This document shows positions 50,346 to 63,625 of a DNA stretch of 64,000 bases, piece after piece. The DNA lies in assembly GCF_018977255.1 (NCBI RefSeq), contig NW_024704742.1:2668001-2732000 (forward strand), in the 5' to 3' direction. The stretch's first letter is position 1. Every line of letters starts with the position of its first letter. Source of the stretch: Callorhinchus milii (Eukaryota). The notes beneath the pieces were generated by a model. It ran no database searches. It was not told the origin of the DNA and saw only the letters and a program-made list of their open reading frames with translations. Both the position numbers and the translations under genes were made by a program.

Positions 50346-52941
50346 TCTTCATATGCTTGGAGGATATCACGGTGGGGTTGTGTTGAGGGGTGGGGGGGGG
50401 TGGGTGGGAGGGGGAGGGGGAGAGGGATTATCCAAATCAACCTCCACATTGAAATGTTCCCCTCGTTGGAATAGAATGCACACTCTCTCCAAAGCGAACC
50501 ACTAAGGTCATGGATAAAAGGCCAAAGCTTTGTTTGAGGTATTTACTTTCTACCTAAACACCTAACCCAACAACATTAGTCTTCTCATTAATCACTTTGT
50601 AAGTTTCCTGCTGGCTTTTTTGTTTGACTGTTTTGTTTATGATTAATAACCGGTCTATTAACAAATTAATAACCCATGTGCTGCTGCTTGCCGTGAGTGT
50701 AACAGGGGGAATAGCAAACCATACGTGTTTTGGGCACGGAAATGCTTCCTCGCGCTTCACAAACTTCTGTTTTTTTGTCATTATACCTGTGGTATCTGTT
50801 TTTTTTCGCAGAAGATTAATGATCACCCTTTCTTTAAACCTGTCATTTTAAAGTGATTGAAGAGCTCGCTGGCATTTGTAAAATCACTAAGCAAATAAAT
50901 CTCCACCGCTAAGGACCTTGATTACTTCTCTTTTTATCCCCGTGTCTGAACTACACGGTTCGTTTTGTTAAGAGGTGCATTAAGCTGCTGTAAATCTTGC
51001 GCAATCAGTTTTGAAATACCCTCACGGAAAGGGCCGTGGTAGGGATTTCTCATTTTGTTTTCCATCGTTTGCTCTTTACAAGGCCAGTGATTCTTATATT
51101 TTTTGGATCCAAAGCGTGTTCTCACACACACACTGCAATCGAACCAGAACTGGCAGCTCAAAGCAACCTGTTGTTTCCGTAGGTTGCCATCACCACCAAA
51201 CCTTCAGCCTTTGTGCCCCTGTTCTCTAAAATGTTCCCCTCCCATCCCATTGCTTTGTGCTTTCTCTCTCTGCCTTCCACATCCATTTTACTACTTGTGT
51301 CTTGGATCCTACCTTTGGGCGACATTCTCGTGTGGCTTTACCTTTTCTCTTTGCTTGTTGAATCCCATTTGTCTTTGGGAAGTTATTTCCAGACACTCAC
51401 CTGACTTGAAAGGCTCTGTACCGGTACAGTTTGTTGCGGTCTACGTGGCATTTGTTTTGCAAGACGAAGCACACCTTTTTAAGCCTGATCGATCTAATTT
51501 CTTCCTCCCTTTCCTCCTGCGTTTTACTCTCTGCCGTGCGTGTCCTCTGTCGTTGCACCTGCTTCCAAGGCAGAGAGGAGAGAGGCAAAGGAGTCACTTG
51601 CAATCAATGTCTACCAGCGATGCCCTAACATGCTGCAATGAGGCTGCGGGCCATCTCCCATTGCTGAGGGGGCTTCATCTCTGCTCCACACGTCCCTAAA
51701 TGGCTACTGCAGATTTATTGCACGGACAATCAGTTAGTCGTATGCATTCTGAGTCTCAGGCAGCTTTAACACTGAAGAGTGTGTCCGGGAACCACAATTA
51801 ATTAAGTGACATGGAAGGCGTTCGGAAATTAACAGGTTAATTTGCAGAGCAGGTGAGCAGCCCCCCGGCGTTGAATTCGAGATTGAAAACTCGTGTGACT
51901 ATTTCGCGCGCGCTATCGCCAACCTCCTCGTTCACCGAGTCCTTTGTTGCAACGGAGCCTTTGTTGAACTCTCCGAAAAAGCTCAGTGGGTTAACGTGGT
52001 GGTGGTGGGTGGGGGGGTGGGGGTAAAGCTGTGATGCGCTGAGCCAGTACAAGCCGGGAAGGTTGCTGGTTTGAACGCCATTTGTCGGTGTACGCGTGCG
52101 CAATCGGGTTTTTACGGTTAACGAATAGCTGCTTTCTACGTCGCGAGATGCTATTTCCTGCGCTGGAGTGATGTCAGTGGTGACCTGATGATCCGGAAGT
52201 TGGCCGTTTGGCCGCAGGAGCTGACGAGTGCGTGGGAAATAAAACGCTGCTCACACGTGCAGTAAGTAGGGTCCACACCCGCAAGTTTTTCGACGCAATG
52301 AATGCCATCAGTTGTGACTGTAACAGTACGACAGTATGATGATTTCAGGTGAGGAGACAATTGACCTTAACTATAGGGCTATCTAATGGTCAGATACGCT
52401 GCAGAGACTCCCTGTCTTGGGTTACAAATGAAGAATCGCTAGAGTATTTGGGTGGGGGCATTGGGGAGCCCCTTTCACACTTTGCTCTGGCCAGAGTCAC
52501 TGCCTTTGTGAGAGAGAATATTGAGTATTAAGAATACCGTTACTGTACGTGTGCGGCATCTGAATTACTCGCTCGAATACCTTCTGAAAAGCTACGATCG
52601 CTTAAACTCCATCCCAAGTCCCCAAAAAATGTCAAACAGTCTGAACGACAGAAGTTTGTGTCTGTGATGTGTTGGTTCTGCGAGTTCCCAGTAAACGATG
52701 TCGGCTTTTTTTTCCTAATGAAAATACTGCTGCACCTTGAAAAGAGGTCTCTGCTGAGAATAGTGGTGCAGTCTTTTATAATCTTCCAGCACACAGCGCA
52801 GCATCATCCAATGCATACACAAGCGAAGAAAGTTAACCACTCAGACTAGTCTTTGTCACAGACTCTCAGGGTCAAGGAATAGGAATGGGAGGATTGCAAA
52901 AGTCCCATGTACAATAGGTATAATACCTGCAATAGATAGTT

Positions 52942-53295
52942 TAGTGAGAGGACCTGGGTTCGATTCCTAGCCAGGGTGAAACCGTAGGCAAGTTTCTTTA
53001 CTCCCCACGCGCGCCTCTGTTTACCTAGCAGCGAGAAGGAACCTGTTTGTTAATCGATTGGTGGATCGCTTTCCAGTGGTAATAATCCCTTCAAATAAAA
53101 ATTTAAGATAGTAATACTTTGGTCACTCATTCCACGCCTGTTTGTGGGACACTGCTGTGCGTAATTGGCCGCTGCATTTCGCCTCCAGAGACGCTCAGTC
53201 AATTCACTTAACGGTATATTCTGTGAAGCGCTTTGAGACTTCTGATGAGGCGCTATATCAAATGCAAGGATTATTATTATTATTATTGTTGTTGT
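52942..53295 (+). mobile_element. tRNA-SINE long (A) variant, head partly missing
   Basis: B box gggttcgattcc, central gcctctgtttacctagcagc, shared tail with (TTA)n. Confidence 0.87.
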
Positions 53296-53976
53296 TTAAA
53301 ACGTTCACAATTAATGCCTGCAACAATCGCCGACTGCCAATGACTTTCAGGTTGTTCAATGCTGATTGCATTCAGTGAGGGAGGTGGCCTTAGGGAGAGA
53401 ATTGGTACTCGTGGCGATTTGGACGTGGTGCTGTGGGGGAAGCAAAGCCTCCATCTGGTCGGATTTTGAATCAACATAGCCTTAAAAAAACTAAACTCTG
53501 CTTTGAATCCAAGTTTTAAAAAATTTGGAATTGGAAAAAAACCGTGCTCTTTGATACCATAGCCACTAAAATTCACAGAATAATAAATAAGGCCAAAAAG
53601 TGTTGTGGTTTAGGCATGGCTGGCGAGTAATTCTGATGCAAGGGTTATTCTGTTTATGTAGGATTTCAGTGTCTAGAATTTGATAAATTACAGCCTTAAT
53701 TTTGAAGTGTTTCTTTTTTTGCAAAGAAATGACCTAAAAGCTGAAACTGAAATCAACAATTTGTCATATTCAGGTCCTATAAAAATACGGCGGTAACAGA
53801 GTAAATGTCAACCCAGTTGGAATTTTCTTTGAAATCGTATCCAGGAACTTTAGAGTTACTTTTAATTTAATTTAATTTTAATTTGCCTACAAGGTACATG
53901 TTTACCACACTTTAGATTCTATCCTGCGAAGGGCTTTGAGACCACCCTCCCCGATGAGAAGTGGGTCTTTATCAAA

Positions 53977-53977
<1 letters not shown>

Positions 53978-54011
<34 letters not shown>

Positions 54012-54050
54012 AATCATTATAATTATTATTATTATTGTTATTATTATTAT
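53978..54050. repeat. (TG)n followed by (TTA)n microsatellites
   Basis: Direct observation. Confidence 0.9.
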
Positions 54051-55109
54051 CTGAAACATGAGAGACGGGACCTGTTTAGGTGCTATGTCCTGCATTGAGT
54101 CTTGAACCTTAAACCTTCTGTCTCGGAGGAGAGCATGCCACCCACTGAGCCACACTGAATACGCTTGGCACACTCAGGACCACTTGCAGAATTAAACGTC
54201 CCAGTAATTCTCTTGACTGCTGAATGTGCGGAATTTCTAGAGCAAAGTACCGTTGAAATATCATTAGCTAATTCTCTGCCGGCAGAGATAAATGCAAAAA
54301 CTTCACACGGGAAAAGTACCTTTGCAGGTCTGAGTGCTTGGCCTCTGTTTTCAGGGTAGCAAACTTCATTGAGGGAAAAAAAAAGACCCATTTAGCCATT
54401 TGGTGCGGGTTTGCTTCACACTTTTGAAATGCAAATAGCGTGAGATGACAAAAAGCAAAGGTTAGCTGTTTTAAAAGAGAAATAACGGCCCTGAGGCACC
54501 TCTGTGGGTGGTGTCTTTAAAGCCTGACGTGACAAGGAAATCAAGTAGGTATTAGACCAGTTTCAAGCAAACGTGTTTATTGTACATTGTGACACATCCA
54601 GCCCTCATGAAATCATCGTTCTCGTCAATATAAAATAGGAATCTAACTAACACCAAAACAATTATTTTTTTCACTGTACGTTTAATTTGGGTTTGGATCG
54701 GCTGCGTACAGTTACCGGGGGAGACTGTCAGCTTGCTCGAGTTTTTATGCAAGGAAAAATGAACCTGTAATTTGTTTATCGTTGCAAATCGAAGAAAAGA
54801 AAATCACACACAGGCAGAAATGGTTTAATCTATGTGTGCACAACACATGGATTGCTACCGCGTGTTAATGTTTGAGTGCCGGACTTTGGAGGGCATAGGA
54901 GAAAATGTATTTTCAAAATCATTTTAAACTAAATGACTGCTAAATATACAGAGACAAATGGACTGACGCTGAGTAGCAATTTCACTGTGTGTGTTTGGTG
55001 GGCGGATGAGATGACAGAGCAGGAGCATGGTGTTTGAGTGGTTTATATCTACTCACTGAAGATTATAGCCTGGAAATGCCTCGTTTAAAAATGAACTGTG
55101 GAGCTTGCA

Positions 55110-55420
55110 TGGAAGTCTCAAAGCGCTTCGCAGCATTCACTGTAAAGTGAAGTGACTCTTTATTTTGTAGGCGATCGCGGCAGCCGGTTTGCGCACACAG
55201 CAGTGTCCCATCAGTGCCGTGGGACCTTTAGTGATTGCCCGAACAGGGGGGCAAGATCTATCGTTTTCATGTCCCATCTGAAGAACAGCACCTCCAAAGA
55301 TGTCTCTACCACAGTATTGGAATGGCAGTTTGCACTAGATGAGTCCAAAGCCATGCTTTTAGCTTGAACCCACAATTTTCTGACTCAGAGATGAGATGAC
55401 CAAATGAGCCAGGCTGACAC
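55110..55420 (-). mobile_element. Deu-domain SINE
   Basis: cccatctgaagaacagcacctcc core and cttgaacccacaattttctgactcagag head. Confidence 0.7.
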
Positions 55421-55911
55421 TCCCATCGAACAGTGTCATTGATAGTGACGCATCAAGCACTAGCTGAACGAGTGTTAATACACCGGCGGTAAATGTACAT
55501 GTATCTTTGAAGCCGTTGGTCCTATTTCAAATGACGATCATTTAATTTGTGCAAACTTTGTTTTGCCATTTTTATAAAAGTGTGTTCCTCGCTGCCTTTT
55601 AACATCTGTTTCTCACGCTGTGTTCGATACACTTCTAACTGCCCCACGCCACTTCTGTGACACCGCATCGCATTTACGTAGCACCATTCACGTACAGGAA
55701 ACTTCTCAAAGTGCTTCAGAGAATGAGCTTAATTAGTCGGCGTGTATGTTATATAGGCAAACGCGTCCATCTAAACCGCAAGACAGAGGAGACCTGAATT
55801 CATAGCTCAATGTTAAAAAATGGAGAGTTGATGATCAGGAAATAAATAAGCAATAAAGGATGTCGTTATTGTAGGTAATAACATTGACATTGCAGAGGAG
55901 AGTGAATAGAA

Positions 55912-56330
55912 TGGTAATAATAATAATCCTTTCATTTAATATCACGCCTTATCACATCGTTGAGACATCTCAAAGCGCTTCACAGGATGCGCTGTGAAGT
56001 GGATTGACTGTGTATTTCGAGGGCGAAACGGGCCAACCAATTTGCACGAAGAAATGTCCCACAAACAGCCATGGAGTGAATGACCCATTTTATTTGGTGA
56101 ATTGAGAGCCAGGACACCAGGGGAAACTCCTTTCTGCTTTCAAATAGTGTCATGGGATCTTTATTGTCCAGAAACAACCTCAGTTTAATGTCTCATCCGA
56201 AGGACGGCATCTCCGACATTGCAACATTCTCCCCCGGCACTGCATGGGAGTGTCAGCTTCGACGATGTGATGCCAAGTTGTGACGTGGGGCTTGAACCTA
56301 TAACCTTCTAACGCGGAGGCTGACACTGCA
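55912..56330 (-). mobile_element. Deu-domain SINE, near full length
   Basis: Tail, gccaggacaccaggggaaactcc, aatagtgtcatgggatctttt, cagtttaatgtctcatccgaaggacggcatctccgac, and head cttgaacctataaccttct. Confidence 0.85.
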
Positions 56331-59300
56331 CAGAACAGAACAGCGAGTGGGAGTGCGCGGTCTGATTTGAAAAGCTGCGTTAAATTGAGGGAAACGGGGA
56401 AGATAGTCGCTTACAAGCTTGGGTTTAAGAGAGGCACAGCCTTCAAGGAGAGATCTTTGGCAAAATCTTTCGTCATTTGTTGGTGAAAACAGGACACAAT
56501 TTAAATCGTGTCCAAAAATGCATCGCTTTGTCGCTTGTAAATGATGTCGGCTTCAGCGAAAATGTTGTCTCCTTGGCTCCCGAAATAGAAAGAACCTTTC
56601 AGCGAACATGTTGTCAGGAAGACAATTCCCTTTATTATAGACTGATCACGATTCCTGCTGAGCAGTCTCACCGCAAAGCACATTTACCAGAGCCACCTTT
56701 AGAACAGGCAGCCGCACTGTACACCAGAAAAAATATATGAAGTCGGTAATTGCAGAGGTTGTAGAAGTAATAGAACCCAGAAAATGAGTCTTTTTTTCTT
56801 GCATTGTCAAATCCACGTTTTGATTCAATTCCGTGTGACAATCTTCAATCAATTGATTCCTACAAACCTGAAAGCAGGTGTAGGGAAAAGTATTTTTTTT
56901 GTGTGTGTGTGTGTGTGTGTGTTGCTTATCATTTAATGGGAAAACTTTACATTTGGAGAATGTTCGAAATTCCTGTAGGTTAATTTGAAATTCCTGGCAC
57001 GTTGTTCAACGGGGAAGGAAAGGTGGGGGCGGTGGGGGGTGGGGGTTGGGGGGATTGGGGATGTGTATGAATGTGCATGCCGTTAAAATTCAATTGATCA
57101 GGAACGCTGCACTTGTTCATGCTTTTTGGGGCTGGTCTGATTCCTCCGTGCTGGCTGCCTGCCTCTGGTTGTCACTTGTAGCACACAGCTCCCAAGCCGC
57201 ATCCTTTTTGAACGCCCGGGTGACCTTTTTTAACCTGTTCCGATTGACAAGTATCACTAAATACCCCCGGATACTCCTGCTGCTTTTCTGCCGCGCCGAG
57301 GCTGTGTTCACGGCCTGTCCTGCTGGGCAGATGGGACTCGGCACGCTCTAGCGGCTAAAATGTTCCGGCTTTAATAATAGAAAACCTCCTGCAGCATATT
57401 GATCCAAAGCCTCCCTGGGGGACGGGCAGGATCACTTTCTCTGGGATTTGTCTGCAGCAACATGATCCCCTTTTTGCTGTCGTTTAGCGAGTTGAGTGGA
57501 AAATCATACAGGGAAAGCCTGTGGAGCGTTCTGGGCCAATGGGTATTTAAAAGAATTACCTGGGATCTAGTAATAGAGTTTGAACAGTTCCTGATCTTGG
57601 GATATTTCCAAGTGACGAGACATAAATGGCTGCACCGGCACTGTGACCATCCAGGCCATGGCCTTGCAAGTTGTCCTCGTTTGGCCAGTCTTGTTCTGCT
57701 GATGGATACATTTAATTTTCCGTCGTCCAAGGCAGCGGCTGTTTTTTTTGATTTTTGCTGAGCCACGCGGAGGTGTGAGAGGCGTGGGAAAGGGGCATAG
57801 AGAGGCATAGGAAAGGGAGAGAGAGAGGGGCTTGAAAAGGGGAATGGGGTAAAGTGGGACTCCGACGGGGAGAAGCTCCACGTCAAATGTGACCACCTGA
57901 ATTGCTGGATTTGAGTCTTCAGATGCATCGGGACACAAAGTAGAACAATCACACGGAGAGGAAGGTGCAATCATTGTGAATTGTGGGTGTTTTGTTTTTA
58001 TAACACATTCAGAGTTCTGTTCTGTAAATCTTCGCTCAAGTTGATAGGGAATTGACCTCCGTAAATTGTGGGGGTGGAAAAAAAAAACACTAACTGATGA
58101 GCTGGTCTGTAATCACAGTGTTGTCTTAGACTTAAGAGTACTGTGGGGTGGACAGGTTTGGCTCAAGAACCATTACAGAGAGTGAGTTGACTTGATTCTC
58201 ACTTTCCCCTCTCTCAAGGATAGTCACCATTTGGTCATTTGGAAACTGACAAGTACAGGTTTGAGGCCTCACTCACTAAGTGGATTTGTGAGGAACCCAA
58301 AACCTCCCTGGGAGCTTCTTGGTGAACGGCACAAATGCACGTACAAATCGTGCGCGCGCACACAGACAGTTTCCCATACATAATAATAATAATATGATCA
58401 TACATCATAATAATAATACACTCACAAATACACACGCTTCCACGCACACGAAATTGGCGCGCGTGCCATTTCAGTACAAACCCATTCACCGTGCAACAAC
58501 ATTAACGCAATGAGATCTAGAGGGTAATTAAACTTCATGTGTTCTGTCAATAAAGTTTTTTTTTTTCTCTGCCAGCTTGGAATGGTATAATTATTGCGCC
58601 GCAGTAAAACACGCCGCAGTTATCTGAGCAGGAGGCCTTCAACCTGTTTGATTAACTCGGGTGATTTTTTTCTCTTTTCTTTTTGACAAATTGTCCAATT
58701 CAACAACGAATCCTTTCAGGTGCTTTTTTTTTTTTGAACGCTCCGGTTGTTTTGTGGACGGAACGCATTCCAGTAATACCTGGGTCTGCTTGACCGTGGG
58801 GAGCAGATAATGTCGGCTCCCGTTTCATAGTGTTTCATAATTCAGGATGGGAGAGAAATGTATTGGTATTTCTACATTGGAGAACCATTAAAATTGTAAC
58901 AAAAGAAGACAGAAATCGTCGATGCTTGCGACTGCATTTGTAAAGGATGTTCATTCATGAATCTCACTAAAAAGACACTCCATTCCTATCGTGGACATTG
59001 TTAAATCCATTAAGACCGGGGATGTACATTTCAGGGATGTACATTTTTTCTCAAGAACCGAGCGTTGTACGTCACGGAAAAATTATTTCCAGTTGTTAAA
59101 AAGAAAAATCTCCTTTTATTAAGTGCGTAAAACATTTGTGGCGTCTCCTGCAGAAAAGCCCAACATGGGATCAAACCACATTTCTTTTGATATCAGCACT
59201 AGAAAGGAAAACAAAATCATGTTCACCTATTTTATTTTGTTATCTGAATGGGGATGTGAGGGTTGAATACTTGCAATGGGATCTCTTCCAGCGATGTCTG

Positions 59301-60219
59301 TATTTGGGGAAGTGTTGGCCAGTTTGGGGACTATTCGTTGTGTGTGTGTGTGTGTGTGTGTGTGAAGGGGGCAAAAAGAGAGGGGATTGAATTCTGTCCA
59401 TGTGAATGAATTGTTGCAAAACAAGTGATTATTTTGACAGTTTCGAATGTCGTTATGATCTGACCCAATTAAACCGTTGTGCGTGGACCTCCTGCTTCTA
59501 CGCAAGGACTGCGGATAGAACAGGGACTACATTTCTCACATGGCTACACACAGTGCTGAACATTACCTTCACGCTTGACGTCTACCAGGCTATCCATAAA
59601 TTTATCTTTTTGTTTGAAGCGCATTAAAGTAGGAAGAAATGGGTGGGGGGGGGGGGGAGAAAATAATAATTGGCGGTTGAGTGGCATAACGTCAAAACTT
59701 TGAGAATATATGAATAGTAAGTGGTTACTAGTAATTAGAATAAGTTAATGCTTGTGCGGCAGAGAATAGTCGCTTGGAACATTTTAGCTTTGAGGCTAAA
59801 GAAAAACTCTCAAGGACTCAAGAACTAAATAGTAGTCCGCTTGAAACTTTGGGAATGCTGAGTATTATTGATCCCTAAACTCAAGTGGCAGATCAGTGGA
59901 TTCTTAGCTTCAGTGTTATACACCTAAAAAATGAACAGAGACGTCGAGAAGACGTGAAAAGCGCTATATCAAATGCAAGGATTATTATTATTGCTAAAGG
60001 ACTCCTTTTGTCTGAATTGTTTCTCAAGCAGCCAAGAAGCAAACTGCAGCCCAAGCCCCTTAAAAAGATCATTCAAACCGTTATTGATATAATAATAATC
60101 TTGCGTTTGATCCAGCAACCTTATCGTCACAAAGCTTTTCACAGGATATACTGTAAGCTGTGGGCACTGTGTGGTTTGTAGGTGAAGACGGCAATCCCAT
60201 TCAGAACTGGCACTGTTGA

Positions 60220-60547
60220 TTATAATAATCCTTGCATTTAATGCAGCGTCTTATCATGTCTTCGAGACGACGTAAAGCGCTTCACAGAATACGCTGTAAA
60301 GTGAATTAACTGTATATTTTGCGGGCGAAACGCGGCAGCCAATTGCGCACAGCAGCGTCCCCGCAAACAGTCGCGGATTGAGCGACCGAATTATTATTAT
60401 TTTTGAAAGAATTATTACCCCCGGAAAAGCCATCCGTCAATCGACTAACAACCAGGTTCCTACTTACCTCTGGGTAAACAGAGGCGTGCGGAGCAAGGAA
60501 ACTTGCCCGACATTTAACCCTGCCCGGGAATCGAACCCAGGTTTCTC
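60220..60547 (-). mobile_element. tRNA-SINE long (A) variant
   Basis: Tail, body, central segment and B box (gggaatcgaaccc); the 5' part of the head is missing. Confidence 0.88.
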
Positions 60548-62700
60548 AACCTGATGCACCTATTCATAATCGAGAGTGTAGAAAGAGGTGATGCTGGCAC
60601 AGAGTGACACTGGGGCTTGTGCAGGAAACCAATGAACTGACGTGCACACTATAAATAGATGAACTCTTTAGGGCAGCCTTTATTTGATCGCAGTTTAATA
60701 ATTCCACGCTGAGCCTCCTTACAGCAGATTTAATGAAAATCAGCATGACACAGTGGCTGTTGGTATTGCATTCTGCTCAGCCTTTCCGCATCCTAGGGTG
60801 AGACAGATTACAAAGTGGCTAATAAGCCAGCGTTTACTATTATGTGCCTTCCTTGCTTCCAAAGACAGCTCTTTCCTTTGCCCGCACCACCCCCACCACT
60901 CTTCCCCCACCATTCCTTCCTCCTCAGTCCGATTTCTCCGCGTCTTCTCTCAGTTTATTGAACCCTGGAAAATTCCTGGGACCATAATAATGAATAATTA
61001 GCGAGCGCCATTCTCATTTTTTTATTCAGAGTGAGTATCAGTAGCGAGATGGTCTTAAGGGCTCCCCAAACAGACAGATCTGTATCGTACTGTGAAAACC
61101 TATGTGTTTGCAACCTCCTTCCCTTGGAGGGGGAGGGGTGGGGGGGTGGGGGAGACGGAAAAGTATGAGGAATGAATGAATGTCATCGCTTGGCTGAGAG
61201 CCACTGTTGGACCCAGTGCGGATCAATGCACAGTAACGAACGATGGCTAATTTTATGTTTGGTCTGCCTTGCCCGAGAGTGCTTCCATTTCTTTCCCCCA
61301 CCCCCCCCTCCCGCATTAGTCGGGAATGACAGCAAACCATTCTGGTTGCAGACGCCATTGAATGGGTAGTCCGGTTTCACCCTCCGAGAGAAGGAAGTGT
61401 GAGTATTGCCAAAAGCCGAGAACTTTATCGGAAACACACTCACCTCACAGCACACCTTTACGATTTGGGCCGCCTACGTTCCTACAACCCAGCGGGAAGC
61501 AGTCGAGAATTCAGTGACCGACGTGAAACTATTCGATCTCAGTCGGAGGATTAGGATTTATTCTGACCGTGGTTTTGTGAGCGCTCAGGTGACCCCGGGA
61601 TGAGGTGAGGCGATTCCTGCGTTTAAAAACTGATGAGGGTCTGCGCAGAGAGAAATCCCCGAAGTTACCATCTGCTGTGTGGTGTTCTAATTCCTGATTC
61701 TCACCAACAGCTGGTTCCCGGTTTGCAGGTGATTTACCGCATTCCTGCTGCCGGCAAAGAGTCCGGAGAGTTTTAAGCAGCAGAGGGCCCAGTGGGGTTT
61801 GCACCCGCTGGGTTTGCTCTGCATCGGCGTGAATTGAATTGTTCCTGCAACTTATTACCTCTTCCAGGTGGTGTCAGGCACGTAGGAGGCACGGCTATAC
61901 GCTCCCTCCGGAGGCACGAGTGAGACTAAATTTCAAATCCCGATGGTTGTTCCCTCATTGCCTCCAAAACTGCCCATCTCGAGCGTCTTGGACCAACGCG
62001 AGTGGAAGCCATCAAAATGTGCTGCCTCCAGTGCCAGCGAAAGCGTTGCAGTATAAACTCCTGTGATCAGAAGTGTGAGCCGCTGTTAATGCAATTCTGT
62101 GTCCTTGATTAATAGCGTCTGTCAAATGATTCAACTCTGTCTGAATCCAACTGGAAGCACGATCAGAAATATTTAACAAACTATTTAATATTTAACACAG
62201 TAAATGCATTAAGTTCCACCATAATTAATACACGATCGATAAAAGAAGCAATGGGCTGTCTCTGCCACAGAAGAAATACCGACTATTCAGTTTTCCCTCG
62301 TGATTTGGGTTAGGTTTTGTGAATTCCGAAAAATCTATTTCACAATAGCTCCGAAACGTACTGGTTTCTTGTATCTGAACCACTTTTGTCCTCGTAGCTA
62401 TTAACCAGTCGTCGGAATTTCCTCTCATTAATCTCTTACTGTTTTCGGTCTTACAAAATGAGTCGTCTCTTGCGAAATGTTCAAAGGATTTCTCCTTACT
62501 CAGTCCGGCAGTCTCCTGCAAAGCAGTCATCAGTTATTCTTCCTGGAACACAACACTCTGTATCTCTTTCCCTTACATTGATTTACTCGCATCGATTCAC
62601 ATTAGAATTCCGCACCTAACAACTCAGGGGAATGAATCTCTCTGTGTTCTATGTTTTGTGGGCGATCTTTCCATTCTAAATGTTTTCCTCTTCCAACAGA

Positions 62701-62733
62701 AATATATATGTAAATATATATATATATATATAT
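62701..62733. repeat. (TA)n microsatellite
   Basis: Direct observation. Confidence 0.9.
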
Positions 62734-63526
62734 AAAAACCTAGGGGTGGGAATTTCTACTGGTTGGTAAAGTGGATAAATGAGTGGAATTTCATCGCACA
62801 AGTAAGACACAATCTCTGACACCTGAGGCGGGCAGCGAACACGAGCAGTAAAACCACCTCTCGCGACTTGGTCACGAGGCGAGTTGGAACCTTATGGGGC
62901 CCTAAACTGCCTCGCGACAAGCTTTCTTTGCCATGATCCCTTAAAAGGATAGAAAGCCACGCGACACATTCACAATCATCCGACTCACCTCTTTCCAAAT
63001 CGCTCTCCGGTTTACGCAAAGTAAGGACGGAGATTTACGTGCAATCGCACCGACTCTTTTTCCAATCAAAGGAGCGGAATGGGCTCCGCCCCAGGAGGAA
63101 TGCCAGTTCACCCCGGACACCGGATAAGTCGGAACAAAATTTCCCGGCCCCGATTCATTTGTGTCTTTACCTGTTTTATAAGTCCTGGACAACAATCCAG
63201 TTCATCCGGGCAAAATGCCTCGTCGGTCGCTGCTGAATGTGCTCTCTCTCTCTCGAGCCTTCTGCAACTTTTAAGGTGATAATAGGGTTGAAGCAACTTT
63301 TTGGTCACCCTGTATATCAATATATTATTGTTTGGTGAGCAACTCATCGCATTCTCAGCTTGTGGGTGTGAGGACTCGTGAAGTGACGGTTATCCCGGGA
63401 ATTTTATCTGAGTGCTGTGTGCTTGTGCCCATTTACCTTTGTAAACCTTGGTTGTATAAGCTTGTGGCGTGGATTTAGTGAAAACTGAAATAAATCATTA
63501 TTAAGTAATAAGATGAATTCCAGCCT

Positions 63527-63625
63527 ATAATAATAATAATCCTTACATTTGATATAGCGCCTGATGGCGTCTTCTAGATGTCTCAATGTGCTTCACAGAA
63601 TATACTGTACAGTGAATTAACTATA
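63527..63625 (-). mobile_element. SINE tail fragment
   Basis: ataataataatccttacatttgatatagcgcc...cttcacagaatatactgta. Confidence 0.78.

Noticed and set aside
51103..51699. 198-aa ORF
   Set aside because: Non-ATG start, Leu/Cys/Pro bias from pyrimidine-rich DNA, and no recognisable domain.
57371..57974. Overlapping 120-199 aa ORFs on both strands
   Set aside because: No recognisable motifs; partly driven by a purine-rich tract; no splice support.
61630..61670. CTGATGA-GGG...CCCC-GAAG as a second hammerhead
   Set aside because: GAAG instead of GAAA after the putative stem II, and no stems I or III.
62225..62530. 101-aa minus-strand ORF with protein-like composition
   Set aside because: No recognisable homology; its 3' end abuts an enhancer-like block. 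Cannot be supported without a search.
63138..63200. NFPAP as the next STPG2 exon
   Set aside because: No PG-x-Y motif, no acceptor, and the downstream residues are unlike STPG2.
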